Assembly (NCBI GenBank): GCA_963750165.1
Contig: CAVVPN010000004.1
Span: 160,001 to 224,000, forward strand
From: an uncultured Gemmataceae bacterium
GTDB lineage: Bacteria; Planctomycetota; Planctomycetia; Gemmatales; Gemmataceae
Direction of reading: 5' to 3'
Length of the DNA: 64,000 nucleotides
Under the pieces are notes generated by a model that saw only the letters and a list, made by a program, of their open reading frames with translations, searched no databases and was not told the origin of the DNA. Both the position numbers and the translations under genes were made by a program. Positions 27,424 through 36,591 of this stretch are shown here, piece by piece; position 1 is the first letter of the stretch, and each line of letters begins with the position of its first letter.

Positions 27424-29919
27424 TCACTTCACTTCCGGCGTTTGTTCGTCGATCCGGCCGCGCACCGGGCGCGCCGTCACGGTGAGGTCACGAGCGCGCG
27501 TCAGCCCGGAGCTGTAGCGCACCACCACCCGGTACGCGCCCGGCGGCAGCGCGAACCGCGCCTGCGCCAGCCGCTGACCGCCGCGACCATCGCCACCTGA
27601 AATCTCCTGCACGCCAAACGATTTTCCTTGTTTGTCGGTCACCTGCACCCGGCTGCCGATAACGCCGCCGCGCCCGGCCACCGCCAGCGTCACCGGCGTC
27701 CGCTTCGACGCCGGCGGACTGCCGAGCAGCACGCACGAATCCTGGCCCTCGTTGTTGAAAACCATGTCCAGCACGCCATCGTTGTTCAAGTCCACCAGGC
27801 ACACGCCCTGTGTGTTGAAGATGCGCTGATCCAGGCCGACCGCCTCCGTCAAGTCCTCGAAGGTGCCATCACCCTTGTTGCGCAGATAGCGGTTCGGGCC
27901 GCGCAGGCAACCGATGACCAGGTCCAGGTGGCCATCGTTGTCCACGTCGCCCCACGCCGCGCTGGTCGCGTGAACGTGCAGGTTCGCCAGCGCCCCGGCC
28001 TGCGCGGTCACGTCCGTGAAGCGGCCCTTGCCGTCATTCTTGAACAGCTTGCACTGGCCCGCTTGCGGCACGAACAGATCGGGGTGGCCGTCGCCGTCGA
28101 AGTCGCCGAAGACCGGCCCGACCTTGCCCGGCCTGTACGCGATGCCCGAATCCCGCGACCGCACGAAGCGCGTACCCGTGTTCAGCAGCAGCATGCCCGT
28201 ACCGGCACCGTACAGAACATCGGCCCGGCCATCGCCGTTCACGTCGCAGACGGTCAGCGTGTCGCCCTTGACGCCGGCGCCGATGCCCTCCGGCCCCAGG
28301 CCGAACTGCGCGGACACGTCCGCGAAATGCTTGCCCTGCGGCACCGCCGCCTCCAGCTTGCCCGCCTGGAAGTAGAACGCCCAGTCGCCGTCACCATTGC
28401 AAATTTTCAGCAGCAGGTGGTTCTTGCCCTTGTTCAGCTTGAGGACAGCGCGGTCCTGGTCCGGCGCGATACTGCGGTATTCGTTCCGCGCCACGATCCG
28501 CTTGCCGTTGAACCAGACGGTCAGCGTGTCATCGCTGCCGAAGGACGCCGGCAGGTCCACCGCGCTGTCCGACTCGATCTCGCGGTACAGGTAGACGGCG
28601 CTCCAGACGTTGTTCTGCGGCCGGAACAGCGTCAGGTTATTCACCTGGCCGTCCGCGAAGTCGCGCTGCTTCCAGACCGCCGGCTCACCGTTCTTGCCCT
28701 GATACTGCTGCCGTAAATCGACCGCCTTCTCGACCGGATGCACCGTCGTGAAACCGCGGCCGCCGGTGTTGTCGAACGGGCCCAGGTAGTGCCACTTGCC
28801 GAGCGTCACCTTCGGCACCGCGGGCGGCTTCTGGTCGCCAACGTTGCGGTACAGCCGCAGGCCGTGGTAGCCGTTGCTGAACAGGATGTCCGGCTTGCCG
28901 TCGCCGTCGGCATCGATCCACGCGGCGGTGGTCACGCTGTAGTACGGCTCCTGTGGCAACAGGTGGCTGTCGTCGCGGAAGGCACCGCCGCCGAGGTTCG
29001 TGAACAGCTTCGGGCCGCCGGACGTCGCCAGCAACAGGTCCGGCTTGCCATCGCCGTTGTAGTCCGCCCACACCACGGCGCGACCGCCGCTCGCCCCCGG
29101 GATGGTGATCTCGTTCAACGACTCGCCCCCGTTGGCCAGCACCGCGACGCGGGCGCCGCCGAGCAGGCACAAATCCGCCTTGCCGTCGTCGTTGAAGTCC
29201 ACCGCGGAGATTCCCTGGGCCTCGGGATCGACGCGGCTCAGCGCCGAATAGTGCGTGAAGCCGGGCATGCCGTTCAGCCGCCGAAAATCCTCGCCGCCCC
29301 AGCCGACGAAGTCGCGCTTCGGGTTGTAATCCAGCAGCTTCAGGCTCGCCTTGACGCGCTGGATTTTCGCCCGACGGCTGTGCAGGTCGTCCTTGTTGCC
29401 ATCGACCATGCACGGCACGATGACTTCCTTGCCGGCGACGATGGCCGTGACGATGGCCGCCAGCTTTTCGGGGTTGCCGGCGAAGCTGCGGAGCAGGAAC
29501 GGCTCGCCGTGGACGTGGTTCCACCACTCGCCGCCGGCGGACGACTGATACCACCAGGTGCCGATGCACGTCTCGCTGGCGCCGCCGTTGTGGAAGAAGA
29601 CGGCCAGCTTGCCGGGCTCGGCCCAGTCCATCGGCGGTTTCCACTCGTTAGGCCGCAGACCGCCGCGGCCGATGTTGTGCTTGATGACTTCCTGCGGGTG
29701 CTTGTTCTTCAGGTCGCGCACCTTGCGGTAAATGATGAGGTTCTTCTCGCGGTCCACCGACTCGACGCGCATGAGCACGACATGGCTCGACTGGGCGATG
29801 ACGGAACCGAGGCTCATGGGGGCCTCGACGTAGGCGTGGCCGGGAGGCGTCAGCACCGCCGGCGCCAGGGCGCCAAGGATCACGACCGCCAGGCACAGCA
29901 GGCGCGTGGGTTTCAACAT
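27424..29919 (-). CDS. Exported FG-GAP/VCBS repeat protein with an inserted beta-sandwich (PA14-like) domain
   Basis: Signal peptide; repeats DFNDDGKADL, DYNGDGKPDL, DADGDGKPDI, DVNGDGRADV, DFDGDGHPDL, DVDNDGHLDL, DLNNDGVLDM; insert with WHYLGPFDN...GSDD...KNHLLLKI. Confidence 0.85.
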   Translation of the reverse strand: MLKPTRLLCLAVVILGALAPAVLTPPGHAYVEAPMSLGSVIAQSSHVVLMRVESVDREKNLIIYRKVRDLKNKHPQEVIKHNIGRGGLRPNEWKPPMDWAEPGKLAVFFHNGGASETCIGTWWYQSSAGGEWWNHVHGEPFLLRSFAGNPEKLAAIVTAIVAGKEVIVPCMVDGNKDDLHSRRAKIQRVKASLKLLDYNPKRDFVGWGGEDFRRLNGMPGFTHYSALSRVDPEAQGISAVDFNDDGKADLCLLGGARVAVLANGGESLNEITIPGASGGRAVVWADYNGDGKPDLLLATSGGPKLFTNLGGGAFRDDSHLLPQEPYYSVTTAAWIDADGDGKPDILFSNGYHGLRLYRNVGDQKPPAVPKVTLGKWHYLGPFDNTGGRGFTTVHPVEKAVDLRQQYQGKNGEPAVWKQRDFADGQVNNLTLFRPQNNVWSAVYLYREIESDSAVDLPASFGSDDTLTVWFNGKRIVARNEYRSIAPDQDRAVLKLNKGKNHLLLKICNGDGDWAFYFQAGKLEAAVPQGKHFADVSAQFGLGPEGIGAGVKGDTLTVCDVNGDGRADVLYGAGTGMLLLNTGTRFVRSRDSGIAYRPGKVGPVFGDFDGDGHPDLFVPQAGQCKLFKNDGKGRFTDVTAQAGALANLHVHATSAAWGDVDNDGHLDLVIGCLRGPNRYLRNKGDGTFEDLTEAVGLDQRIFNTQGVCLVDLNNDGVLDMVFNNEGQDSCVLLGSPPASKRTPVTLAVAGRGGVIGSRVQVTDKQGKSFGVQEISGGDGRGGQRLAQARFALPPGAYRVVVRYSSGLTRARDLTVTARPVRGRIDEQTPEVK

Positions 29920-29964
29920 GACTGCCCCCTGGTTGTCTGCCGCAAGCGGCAGAAAAGACACGTT

Positions 29965-32900
29965 TCACTCGCCCTTGATCTTCGCCAACCGCTCGGCCGC
30001 GGTCTTCGCCCAGGTCGTCTGCGGGAAGTCGCGGACCACGCGCCGCAGTAGCGCCGTCGCGTTCTCGGTCTGCTTCAGTTCGACGAAAGCACGGGCCGCC
30101 TCCAGCAGCGCCACCGGCGTCAGTTCCTTGTAGTCATACGTCAGCGGCACGACCATCAGCTCGTTGGCGGCGTCCGCGTAGCGCTTCTGCTCCAGCCGGC
30201 ACAGGCCGATCTGCAGCTGCGCTTTCGCCCCCGTCTCGGTCAGCGTGTCCGTCTTGACGCGCGCGTACAGGGCAATAGCCGGATCGTACTGTTTTTGCTG
30301 CTGCAGCGCCCAGGCCGAACCGTAACGCGCCTCATGCACCCACGGGCTGTTCGAGAAGCGCTGCACCAGCACGTCGAACGCCTGCCGGCTCTTGTCCCAG
30401 TCCGACACGCGGCCGTAAGCATGGCCCAGCCGCAGCAGCGCCCGGTCGCTGACGCCGGGCACATTCTGGAACGGCTGCGCATCGCGGAAGACGCTCAACT
30501 GCTTGACCGCCGCGGCGTAGTCCTTCTCCGCCAGCAGCACCTCGCCGGCCCGATACCGGGCCTGTGCCGCCAGCGGGCTCTTGACGTTCTGCGCGACCGC
30601 ATTGAACTGCGCCAGCGCCGCCTTGAGATTGCCTTTCGCCATCTGGCAAACGCCCAGCCGCAGTCGCAGTTTCTCGGTCAGCTCCGGCGCCGGCTCCTTG
30701 TCGAGGCCGTCGTTGAGCAGTTTGATGGCCGCGGCGTAATCGTGGCGCTGACCGAACAACTCCGCCAGCTCGAAGCGGGCGTCGGTCGCCAGCGGCGCGT
30801 CGCCGAAGTCGTTGATGAGCGCCCGATACGCGGCCTGCGCCTTCTTCTCCGCCGGCTGCACGGGCACCTTCGCCAGCGGCACCGCCGGCGGCGGCAACGG
30901 CGTCGTGGTCGGGCCACGCTGCTTGAGCGCTTCCTGAATGAGCACATCGCGAGCCGCCTTGATTTCGGGCTCGGCCAGGTCACGGTAGCCCCAGGCGACC
31001 TCGTACAGCATGCGCGCGCGGGCATCGACCGGCGGCTGCTTCGCCTTCCACTGCTCCGCCTGCACTTCGAGGTACTGCACGCCATCGCGGAGCAGTTTGG
31101 CGCCCTCATCGTACAGTTTGACCTGTGGCGATTTCGGGGCCCGCACCGCGGCGAAGCCACCCGCCTGCCGCACCTTGTCGCGGCCCTCTTCCAGCAAACA
31201 CTGGCCCAGCCGCAGCGCCGCCTCCGCCGCCTCGGGCCGGCCGGCGAACTGCTTGACGACGCTGTCGAAAACGCCGCGGGCCTCGCCGTATTTCTTCGCC
31301 TCACGCAGCGCGACGCCGTGGTGGTAGCGCAGCACGGCCACCCAGCCGGCGCGCTCGTTCGTCAACTGCGGCTCGTACTGCTGCCGGGCCTTCGCCAGCA
31401 GGTTGATGGCGTCGTTGAGCCGATTCTGACCGCGCAGCAGCGTCGCCAGCTGGACGTGTGCCAGCGGCGCGACGTGCGTCTTGCTCCACGGGTCGCGCGT
31501 GAAGTGGCGCAGGTCGTTGTCCGCCGGGCCGGGGTTATTCAGCGCGACCCAGCACCTGGCCCGCTCCAGCAGCGCCTGCGCCTGGATCGGGTTGCCGGGC
31601 TGCATTTTGGCGAGCATCCGGTCGTACACCCCCCTGGCCGCGTTCAGTGCCTTGATGCGCTCGGGCGGCTGGCCCTGCAGCGCCGCCAGCCGCTGATGGC
31701 AGTAGCCGAGCTTGAGCAGGGCGTCCGGCGTCTGTGGATGGTTGGGCTGGCCGCTCGCGAACTCGTTGAGCAGGTCCGCCGCGGTCTTTAACTGATCCTC
31801 CAGCTTGCCGACCGCCAGCGCGTCCTCGGGCGTCGTGGCCGGCGCCAGCCGCAGCAGACAGTCCGCCATCACGAATGGCACGGTCGCCAGTTCGCCGCCA
31901 CGCTCCGCCTGCGGGATCGCTTCGAGGGTCTTTTTCGCATTTTCCAGATCGCCCTTGCGGTAGAAGGTCATGCCCAGGCCGTAGCGGGCGAAATTCACCT
32001 TCGTGAACTCTGGATACTTCTCGATCACCTGCTGGTAGCGCTTCGCCGTCTCGTCGTACAGCGCGGCCAGCGCTTTTGCGCGGTCGGGCAGGTTCGGGTT
32101 CTTCTCCGCGGCCAGGGTGCGGAAATAGCTGTTCTCGGCGTGGCGGAACAGCACCGGCCCCGCCAGGATGCTGCGGGCATATTTCTCCAGGAAGCGGCTG
32201 ACTGCCTTGTCGGACTCGTTGAAATCGCCCGCCAGGTGCAGCGCCGTCACCAGCCGCTGCAACAGTTCCTGTTCGCGCTGCGGTGTGATCTTGTCGGCCA
32301 GCAACTGGCCGTAGACCGCCGCGGCTTCCTTGTATTGCTTGATGCCCTGCTGCGTGTCAGCCAGTTCCAGCAGGATGTCGGTGCGGCGGGCCTTCGCCTC
32401 GGGGTCGGTCGCGGCCAGCTGCTGCGCCCTGTCCGCCGCCTGGCGAAAACCATCCAGCGCCGCCTTCACCGCCTGCTCATGAGCGGGTGCCGCCGGCGGC
32501 GCCGCACCGACGCGGGCCTTCGACAACCAGAACAGCACCTGATCGTCCAGCCGCGCTTCCTTGCCGAGCAGTGGCGCCAGCGTTTTCAGCGCCTCGCCGA
32601 ACTCGCGCAACTGCACCTGACAGAAGCCGAGCCGCAGCCGGGCCTCCGGCAGCATGGTCGAGCCGGGGTACAGCCTGGCGAAGTCCGCGAAACGGCCACG
32701 AGCGTCGCCGAATTTGCCGCCCTCGTAGAGCAGCACGCCGAGATAAAACGCGGCCCGGCTCACGTGATCCGGCGCCGGCTTTTGCAGCAAGTCCTGCCAT
32801 TGCGCCTTGAGCGTCGGATTCTTCTGCACCTCCGGTTTCGTCAGCGCCACCTGGGCCAGCTTCTTGTTGCGGGCGTAGTCGTGCAACACTGCTTCGTAAT

Positions 32901-33735
32901 GCAGCGCAGCCTCGGCGCGCTCGTCGGCCTGGTGGTGCGTCCGCGCCAGCAGATAGCGGGCGTGCGTGCCGTAAACGGGGTGCGTGAACGGCGCCAGCAT
33001 CACCAGTGTGGTTTCCGCGGCGGCATAATCCTTCGCCAGAAAACTACCGAAGCCGTGCAGGTAGCGACCCAGGTCGCGGAAGCGGCTGCGCACCGGCACG
33101 GGCTCCTTGACGAACGGGGCGGTCAGTTCCTGCGCTTCCTTGCCCTTGCCCAGCCGCAGCAACATCTCAGCCTCGTCGCAGCGGGCGCGGAGGGCCCACT
33201 CCAGCACGGGCGGCAGTTCCTTCTGATCGGGCGGCAGTTTCCCGGCGCGGGCGGTGAAGGCCAGGCGGGCGGCGAAAAATTGTTTGCCGGCGTCATCGAA
33301 GAACTTGAGGGCGGCCTGCTGTCGTTGTGCCCGCTCCTGCGGTTTCGTCTGGGCAATGGCCAGTTCCTGCACGCCGAGGCCGCGCAGGGCGACGCCCAGG
33401 TGATAGACGGCGCTGGCGTGTTCGGGGAAGTTTTTGTTGGCAGCGACGGGCTGGAGCAGATCGCGGGCCTCGGCGTACTTCCTGTCGGCGCCTTCGAGCA
33501 GCACCAGGGCGAGGCCGTGACGGGCGCCGGCGGCGTCCTTGAGGTTGCCGAAGCGCTGTAAATATTCGCGGAATTTGGCGGCCGCGAAGGGATAGTTTTT
33601 CTCGTTGAACGCCTTGCGGGCGCTGTTGAGCAGCAGGTCGGCCTGCTGTTCGTTGGTGAGTTGGGCGGCCGCAGGGCCGATGGCGAGGGTCAGCAGCAAG
33701 GCGGCGAGGAGGCGAGCGCGGCGGGGTGCGGACAT
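29965..33735 (-). CDS. Large exported tetratricopeptide repeat protein (~1256 aa)
   Basis: Signal peptide ending AAA-Q; many TPR-like repeats (ARYLLAR, ARLRLGFC, ARYGLG, ALLKLGYC, ARFELAE, ARYRAGE) with Y/F-P-x-S/T turns typical of BamD/CpoB-like TPRs. Confidence 0.85.
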   Translation of the reverse strand: MSAPRRARLLAALLLTLAIGPAAAQLTNEQQADLLLNSARKAFNEKNYPFAAAKFREYLQRFGNLKDAAGARHGLALVLLEGADRKYAEARDLLQPVAANKNFPEHASAVYHLGVALRGLGVQELAIAQTKPQERAQRQQAALKFFDDAGKQFFAARLAFTARAGKLPPDQKELPPVLEWALRARCDEAEMLLRLGKGKEAQELTAPFVKEPVPVRSRFRDLGRYLHGFGSFLAKDYAAAETTLVMLAPFTHPVYGTHARYLLARTHHQADERAEAALHYEAVLHDYARNKKLAQVALTKPEVQKNPTLKAQWQDLLQKPAPDHVSRAAFYLGVLLYEGGKFGDARGRFADFARLYPGSTMLPEARLRLGFCQVQLREFGEALKTLAPLLGKEARLDDQVLFWLSKARVGAAPPAAPAHEQAVKAALDGFRQAADRAQQLAATDPEAKARRTDILLELADTQQGIKQYKEAAAVYGQLLADKITPQREQELLQRLVTALHLAGDFNESDKAVSRFLEKYARSILAGPVLFRHAENSYFRTLAAEKNPNLPDRAKALAALYDETAKRYQQVIEKYPEFTKVNFARYGLGMTFYRKGDLENAKKTLEAIPQAERGGELATVPFVMADCLLRLAPATTPEDALAVGKLEDQLKTAADLLNEFASGQPNHPQTPDALLKLGYCHQRLAALQGQPPERIKALNAARGVYDRMLAKMQPGNPIQAQALLERARCWVALNNPGPADNDLRHFTRDPWSKTHVAPLAHVQLATLLRGQNRLNDAINLLAKARQQYEPQLTNERAGWVAVLRYHHGVALREAKKYGEARGVFDSVVKQFAGRPEAAEAALRLGQCLLEEGRDKVRQAGGFAAVRAPKSPQVKLYDEGAKLLRDGVQYLEVQAEQWKAKQPPVDARARMLYEVAWGYRDLAEPEIKAARDVLIQEALKQRGPTTTPLPPPAVPLAKVPVQPAEKKAQAAYRALINDFGDAPLATDARFELAELFGQRHDYAAAIKLLNDGLDKEPAPELTEKLRLRLGVCQMAKGNLKAALAQFNAVAQNVKSPLAAQARYRAGEVLLAEKDYAAAVKQLSVFRDAQPFQNVPGVSDRALLRLGHAYGRVSDWDKSRQAFDVLVQRFSNSPWVHEARYGSAWALQQQKQYDPAIALYARVKTDTLTETGAKAQLQIGLCRLEQKRYADAANELMVVPLTYDYKELTPVALLEAARAFVELKQTENATALLRRVVRDFPQTTWAKTAAERLAKIKGE

Positions 33736-33986
33736 GGGTGGGAAACCTCCTGCAAACGACGGCGGCGCGGCTGCGGTCAACGAAGAGATAGACGTTCGCC
33801 GCGGGGCGAGAGTTTCACAATTTGCCGGCCGCAAGGGGGGGTAGCGAGTGGCGGCCGACGCCCTGTTCCAATTCCGCCATTGTGGGCGTGCGGCGCGGAG
33901 TCGTCAACCGGCCCTTTGACACATTCTCGACCAGCCACGACAATTCTCGGGGCTGGTGGAGGCAACGGCTCGCCCGGGGGTGCATC

Positions 33987-35225
33987 ATGACGGTCATCAA
34001 TTTCCAGGTCATCATCGTCAACGACGCCGGCCAGTGGGTCAGCCGCATGACCCGGCCGGCCGACACGGCGCTGTTCGCCATCCTGGCCGACGCGCTGGCC
34101 GAGCACCGCCTGGCTGGCGGGACCGCGGAGTGGGTGGTGCGTTGCACGGGCGTCTTGCTCGGCTGGGAGCAGCGCTTGCAGGACATTTTGGTGGCGTTCA
34201 AGGAGCCGTTGGCGCTCGTCGTGCAGGCGCGCTCGTATGCCATTCCCGGCCCGCGCGCCGCGGTGGTTGTGCCTCCCCCCGCCTCGCCCCCACCCATCCC
34301 CCCGCCTGGGGCACCGTCGGGGGTCGGTCAACCGCCACCCAAGGAACAGGACATTTTTGCAGACGCCGACATTCCTCGTAAGGATGAGGAAGGATCGGAG
34401 GTGGTCTCCTTTGATGTGGAAACGGATGATTTTGACCGTGTCCTGGGGCCGGAAACGCCCTTTGCTGATTTAGAGTGCCCAAGCGGAATCAGCCTTGAAA
34501 ACCCTGAAGACAGCGAGGTGGTCGCCCTCGACGAGGACGTGGACGAGGAGGAAGCCGATATCCTCGTTCGGCGCCGCGTCTCCCGTGCGGCCTTGGAAGA
34601 ACCCCCGCGGCAGGTCGAACGCCGCGCCACCGTGCGCTACTACAGCCGCATGAACCCCGAGCGCCTGTTCCCGCTGCTGGTCGTCCTCTCCCGCAAGTCC
34701 ATCCAGAAGGTCGTCAAGAAGGCCGTCAAGCAGGCCGAGTCCGCTGGCTTCCGCGTGACCGAAGGCTCGGTCGTCGAGGTCGAGCCGATCCTGCCCGGCT
34801 GCAACGTCTATCCGCCACGCGAGCCGGTCACCATCGAGAAGTCCGTCGCTCAGGCCACGTTCTGGGTGGTGCCGTACGTCCTCGGCCGGGTGCAGCACGC
34901 GCGCGTCGTCGTGCGCCAGGACGGCCGGGTGCTGGCGGAGGTGCCGTTGCAGGTGAAAGTCGTCAAGCAGACCGCGGCCATCGTCGCGGGCGTGCTCAGC
35001 CTGGTGCTGCCCTACGCCTCCAAGGCGGCGGAACACTTCGGCCTCGACTGGACGACGCAGCAGCAGCAAGGCTTCGCGCTGTACTGGTGGCTGGCCCGGG
35101 CGGTCCTCGGCGTGCTGCGGCCGGAGGTGCTCGGCCTGGGACTGCTGCTGTTGACCGCGGCGCTGTACCTGGCGATGCGGCCGCGCAAGCGCGAGGTCTT
35201 CTGGGACATCGAGCCAGTGTCCTGA
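33987..35225 (+). CDS. Hypothetical protein with Pro-rich and acidic linker and two C-terminal TM segments
   Basis: High-GC3 ORF, hydrophobic C-terminal helices, internal acidic segment. Confidence 0.65.
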   Translation: MTVINFQVIIVNDAGQWVSRMTRPADTALFAILADALAEHRLAGGTAEWVVRCTGVLLGWEQRLQDILVAFKEPLALVVQARSYAIPGPRAAVVVPPPASPPPIPPPGAPSGVGQPPPKEQDIFADADIPRKDEEGSEVVSFDVETDDFDRVLGPETPFADLECPSGISLENPEDSEVVALDEDVDEEEADILVRRRVSRAALEEPPRQVERRATVRYYSRMNPERLFPLLVVLSRKSIQKVVKKAVKQAESAGFRVTEGSVVEVEPILPGCNVYPPREPVTIEKSVAQATFWVVPYVLGRVQHARVVVRQDGRVLAEVPLQVKVVKQTAAIVAGVLSLVLPYASKAAEHFGLDWTTQQQQGFALYWWLARAVLGVLRPEVLGLGLLLLTAALYLAMRPRKREVFWDIEPVS

Positions 35226-35239
35226 AGTGGCACAGGGCA

Positions 35240-35298
35240 AGGGCGCCGCTTCTCGACGTATGAAAAAGTTGGCCCCCTTGGCCCCCTTGGCCCCCTTG
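35240..35298 (+). repeat. 59-bp dispersed element, copy 1 (inverted copy at 55004..55062)
   Basis: AGGGCGCCGCTTCTCGACGTATGAAAAAG(TTGGCCCCC)3TTG; 57/59 identical to the reverse complement of 55004..55062. Confidence 0.85.
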
Positions 35299-35477
35299 CT
35301 GTGGCAACCCACGCCAGGCCATGCCGCTCTTGCACGCCGCCGCGCTGCGCCATACACAAACAGTCTGATGTTTCCGTGTTCGCGGCGGCAAACTTGCCGG
35401 CGGCCTGCATCGTCATAAGCTGGAAGCGTGTTCCCGGCAGAACCGCTGCACCCAGTCCTGAACGAATGGACGGCGCG

Positions 35478-36479
35478 ATGATTAGCGTCAACAACCTCAG
35501 CAAATATTTCGGCCCGGTCATGGCCATCGACCGTGTTAGTTTCGAGGTGGCCCGCGGCGAGATCGTCGGCTTTCTCGGACCCAACGGTGCCGGCAAGACC
35601 ACGACCATGCGCATCCTGACCAGCTTCCTGCCGGCGACCAGTGGCGTCGCCCGGGTCGCCGGCTTCGATGTGATGACGCAGAGCATGGACGTGCGCCGCA
35701 ACATCGGTTATCTGCCCGAGAGCGTACCGCTCTACCCCGAGATGCGCGTCGCGGAGTACCTCGACTACCGTGCCAAACTCAAGGGCGTCCCGCGCAAGGA
35801 TCGACCGCGGCGCATCGAGTATTGCCTGGACCGTGCCCGCCTCCGCGAGGTTCGCCGCCGGTTGCTCGGCACGCTGTCGAAGGGCTATCGGCAGCGCGTC
35901 GGCCTGGCGGACACGCTGGTCCACGACCCGGTCATCCTCATCATGGATGAGCCGACCGCCGGCCTCGATCCGGTGCAGATCCGCGAGACGCTGGCGCTGA
36001 TCCAGGAGCTGGGCGAGGCGCACACCATCCTGCTCTCAACGCACATCCTGTCCGAGGTGGAGGCGGTGTGCGAGCGGGTCATCATCATCAACCGCGGCCG
36101 CATCGGCGCCAGCAAAACGCTCGCCGACCTGGAGGCGCAGATGGTGATCGTGCTCGAGGTGCGCGGCCCATCGGAGCAGGTGGCGGCGGCGCTGCGGGGC
36201 GTCGGCGGCGTGGTTGGCGTCACGGTCAAGAAGCTGGACGACGAGTTCAACCGCTTCGAGGTGCGCACACAGGACAACCGTGACCTGCGCGAGGAATTGG
36301 CCCAGGCGGTGTTCGGCAAACACTGGGCGCTGCGGCGGCTGGAACTGCACCGCCGCACGCTCGAAGAGGCGTTCTTCGACGTGCTGCGCGAACAGAACCC
36401 GTTGCGCGACCTGGGCGGCCACAAGCCGAGCGAGGCCATCAAGGAGGCTCCTGCCCCGGCGGCCGCCGCTCAGCCGTGA
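35478..36479 (+). CDS. ABC transporter ATP-binding protein (GldA-like)
   Basis: Walker A GPNGAGKTT, signature LSKGYRQR, Walker B ILIMDEPT, H-loop STH. Confidence 0.93.
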   Translation: MISVNNLSKYFGPVMAIDRVSFEVARGEIVGFLGPNGAGKTTTMRILTSFLPATSGVARVAGFDVMTQSMDVRRNIGYLPESVPLYPEMRVAEYLDYRAKLKGVPRKDRPRRIEYCLDRARLREVRRRLLGTLSKGYRQRVGLADTLVHDPVILIMDEPTAGLDPVQIRETLALIQELGEAHTILLSTHILSEVEAVCERVIIINRGRIGASKTLADLEAQMVIVLEVRGPSEQVAAALRGVGGVVGVTVKKLDDEFNRFEVRTQDNRDLREELAQAVFGKHWALRRLELHRRTLEEAFFDVLREQNPLRDLGGHKPSEAIKEAPAPAAAAQP

Positions 36480-36488
36480 GCCCCACTG

Positions 36489-36542
36489 GCTCGGATTTAT
36501 CGTTTCGCGCGGAGTGACCAGCGCGAAACGATAAATCCGAGC
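36489..36542. repeat. 22-bp perfect inverted repeat
   Basis: GCTCGGATTTATCGTTTCGCGC-N10-GCGCGAAACGATAAATCCGAGC. Confidence 0.8.
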
Positions 36543-36591
36543 ACCCCGACCACCACGACGACAACCTCTGCGAAGGGGAGGACGATACCGT

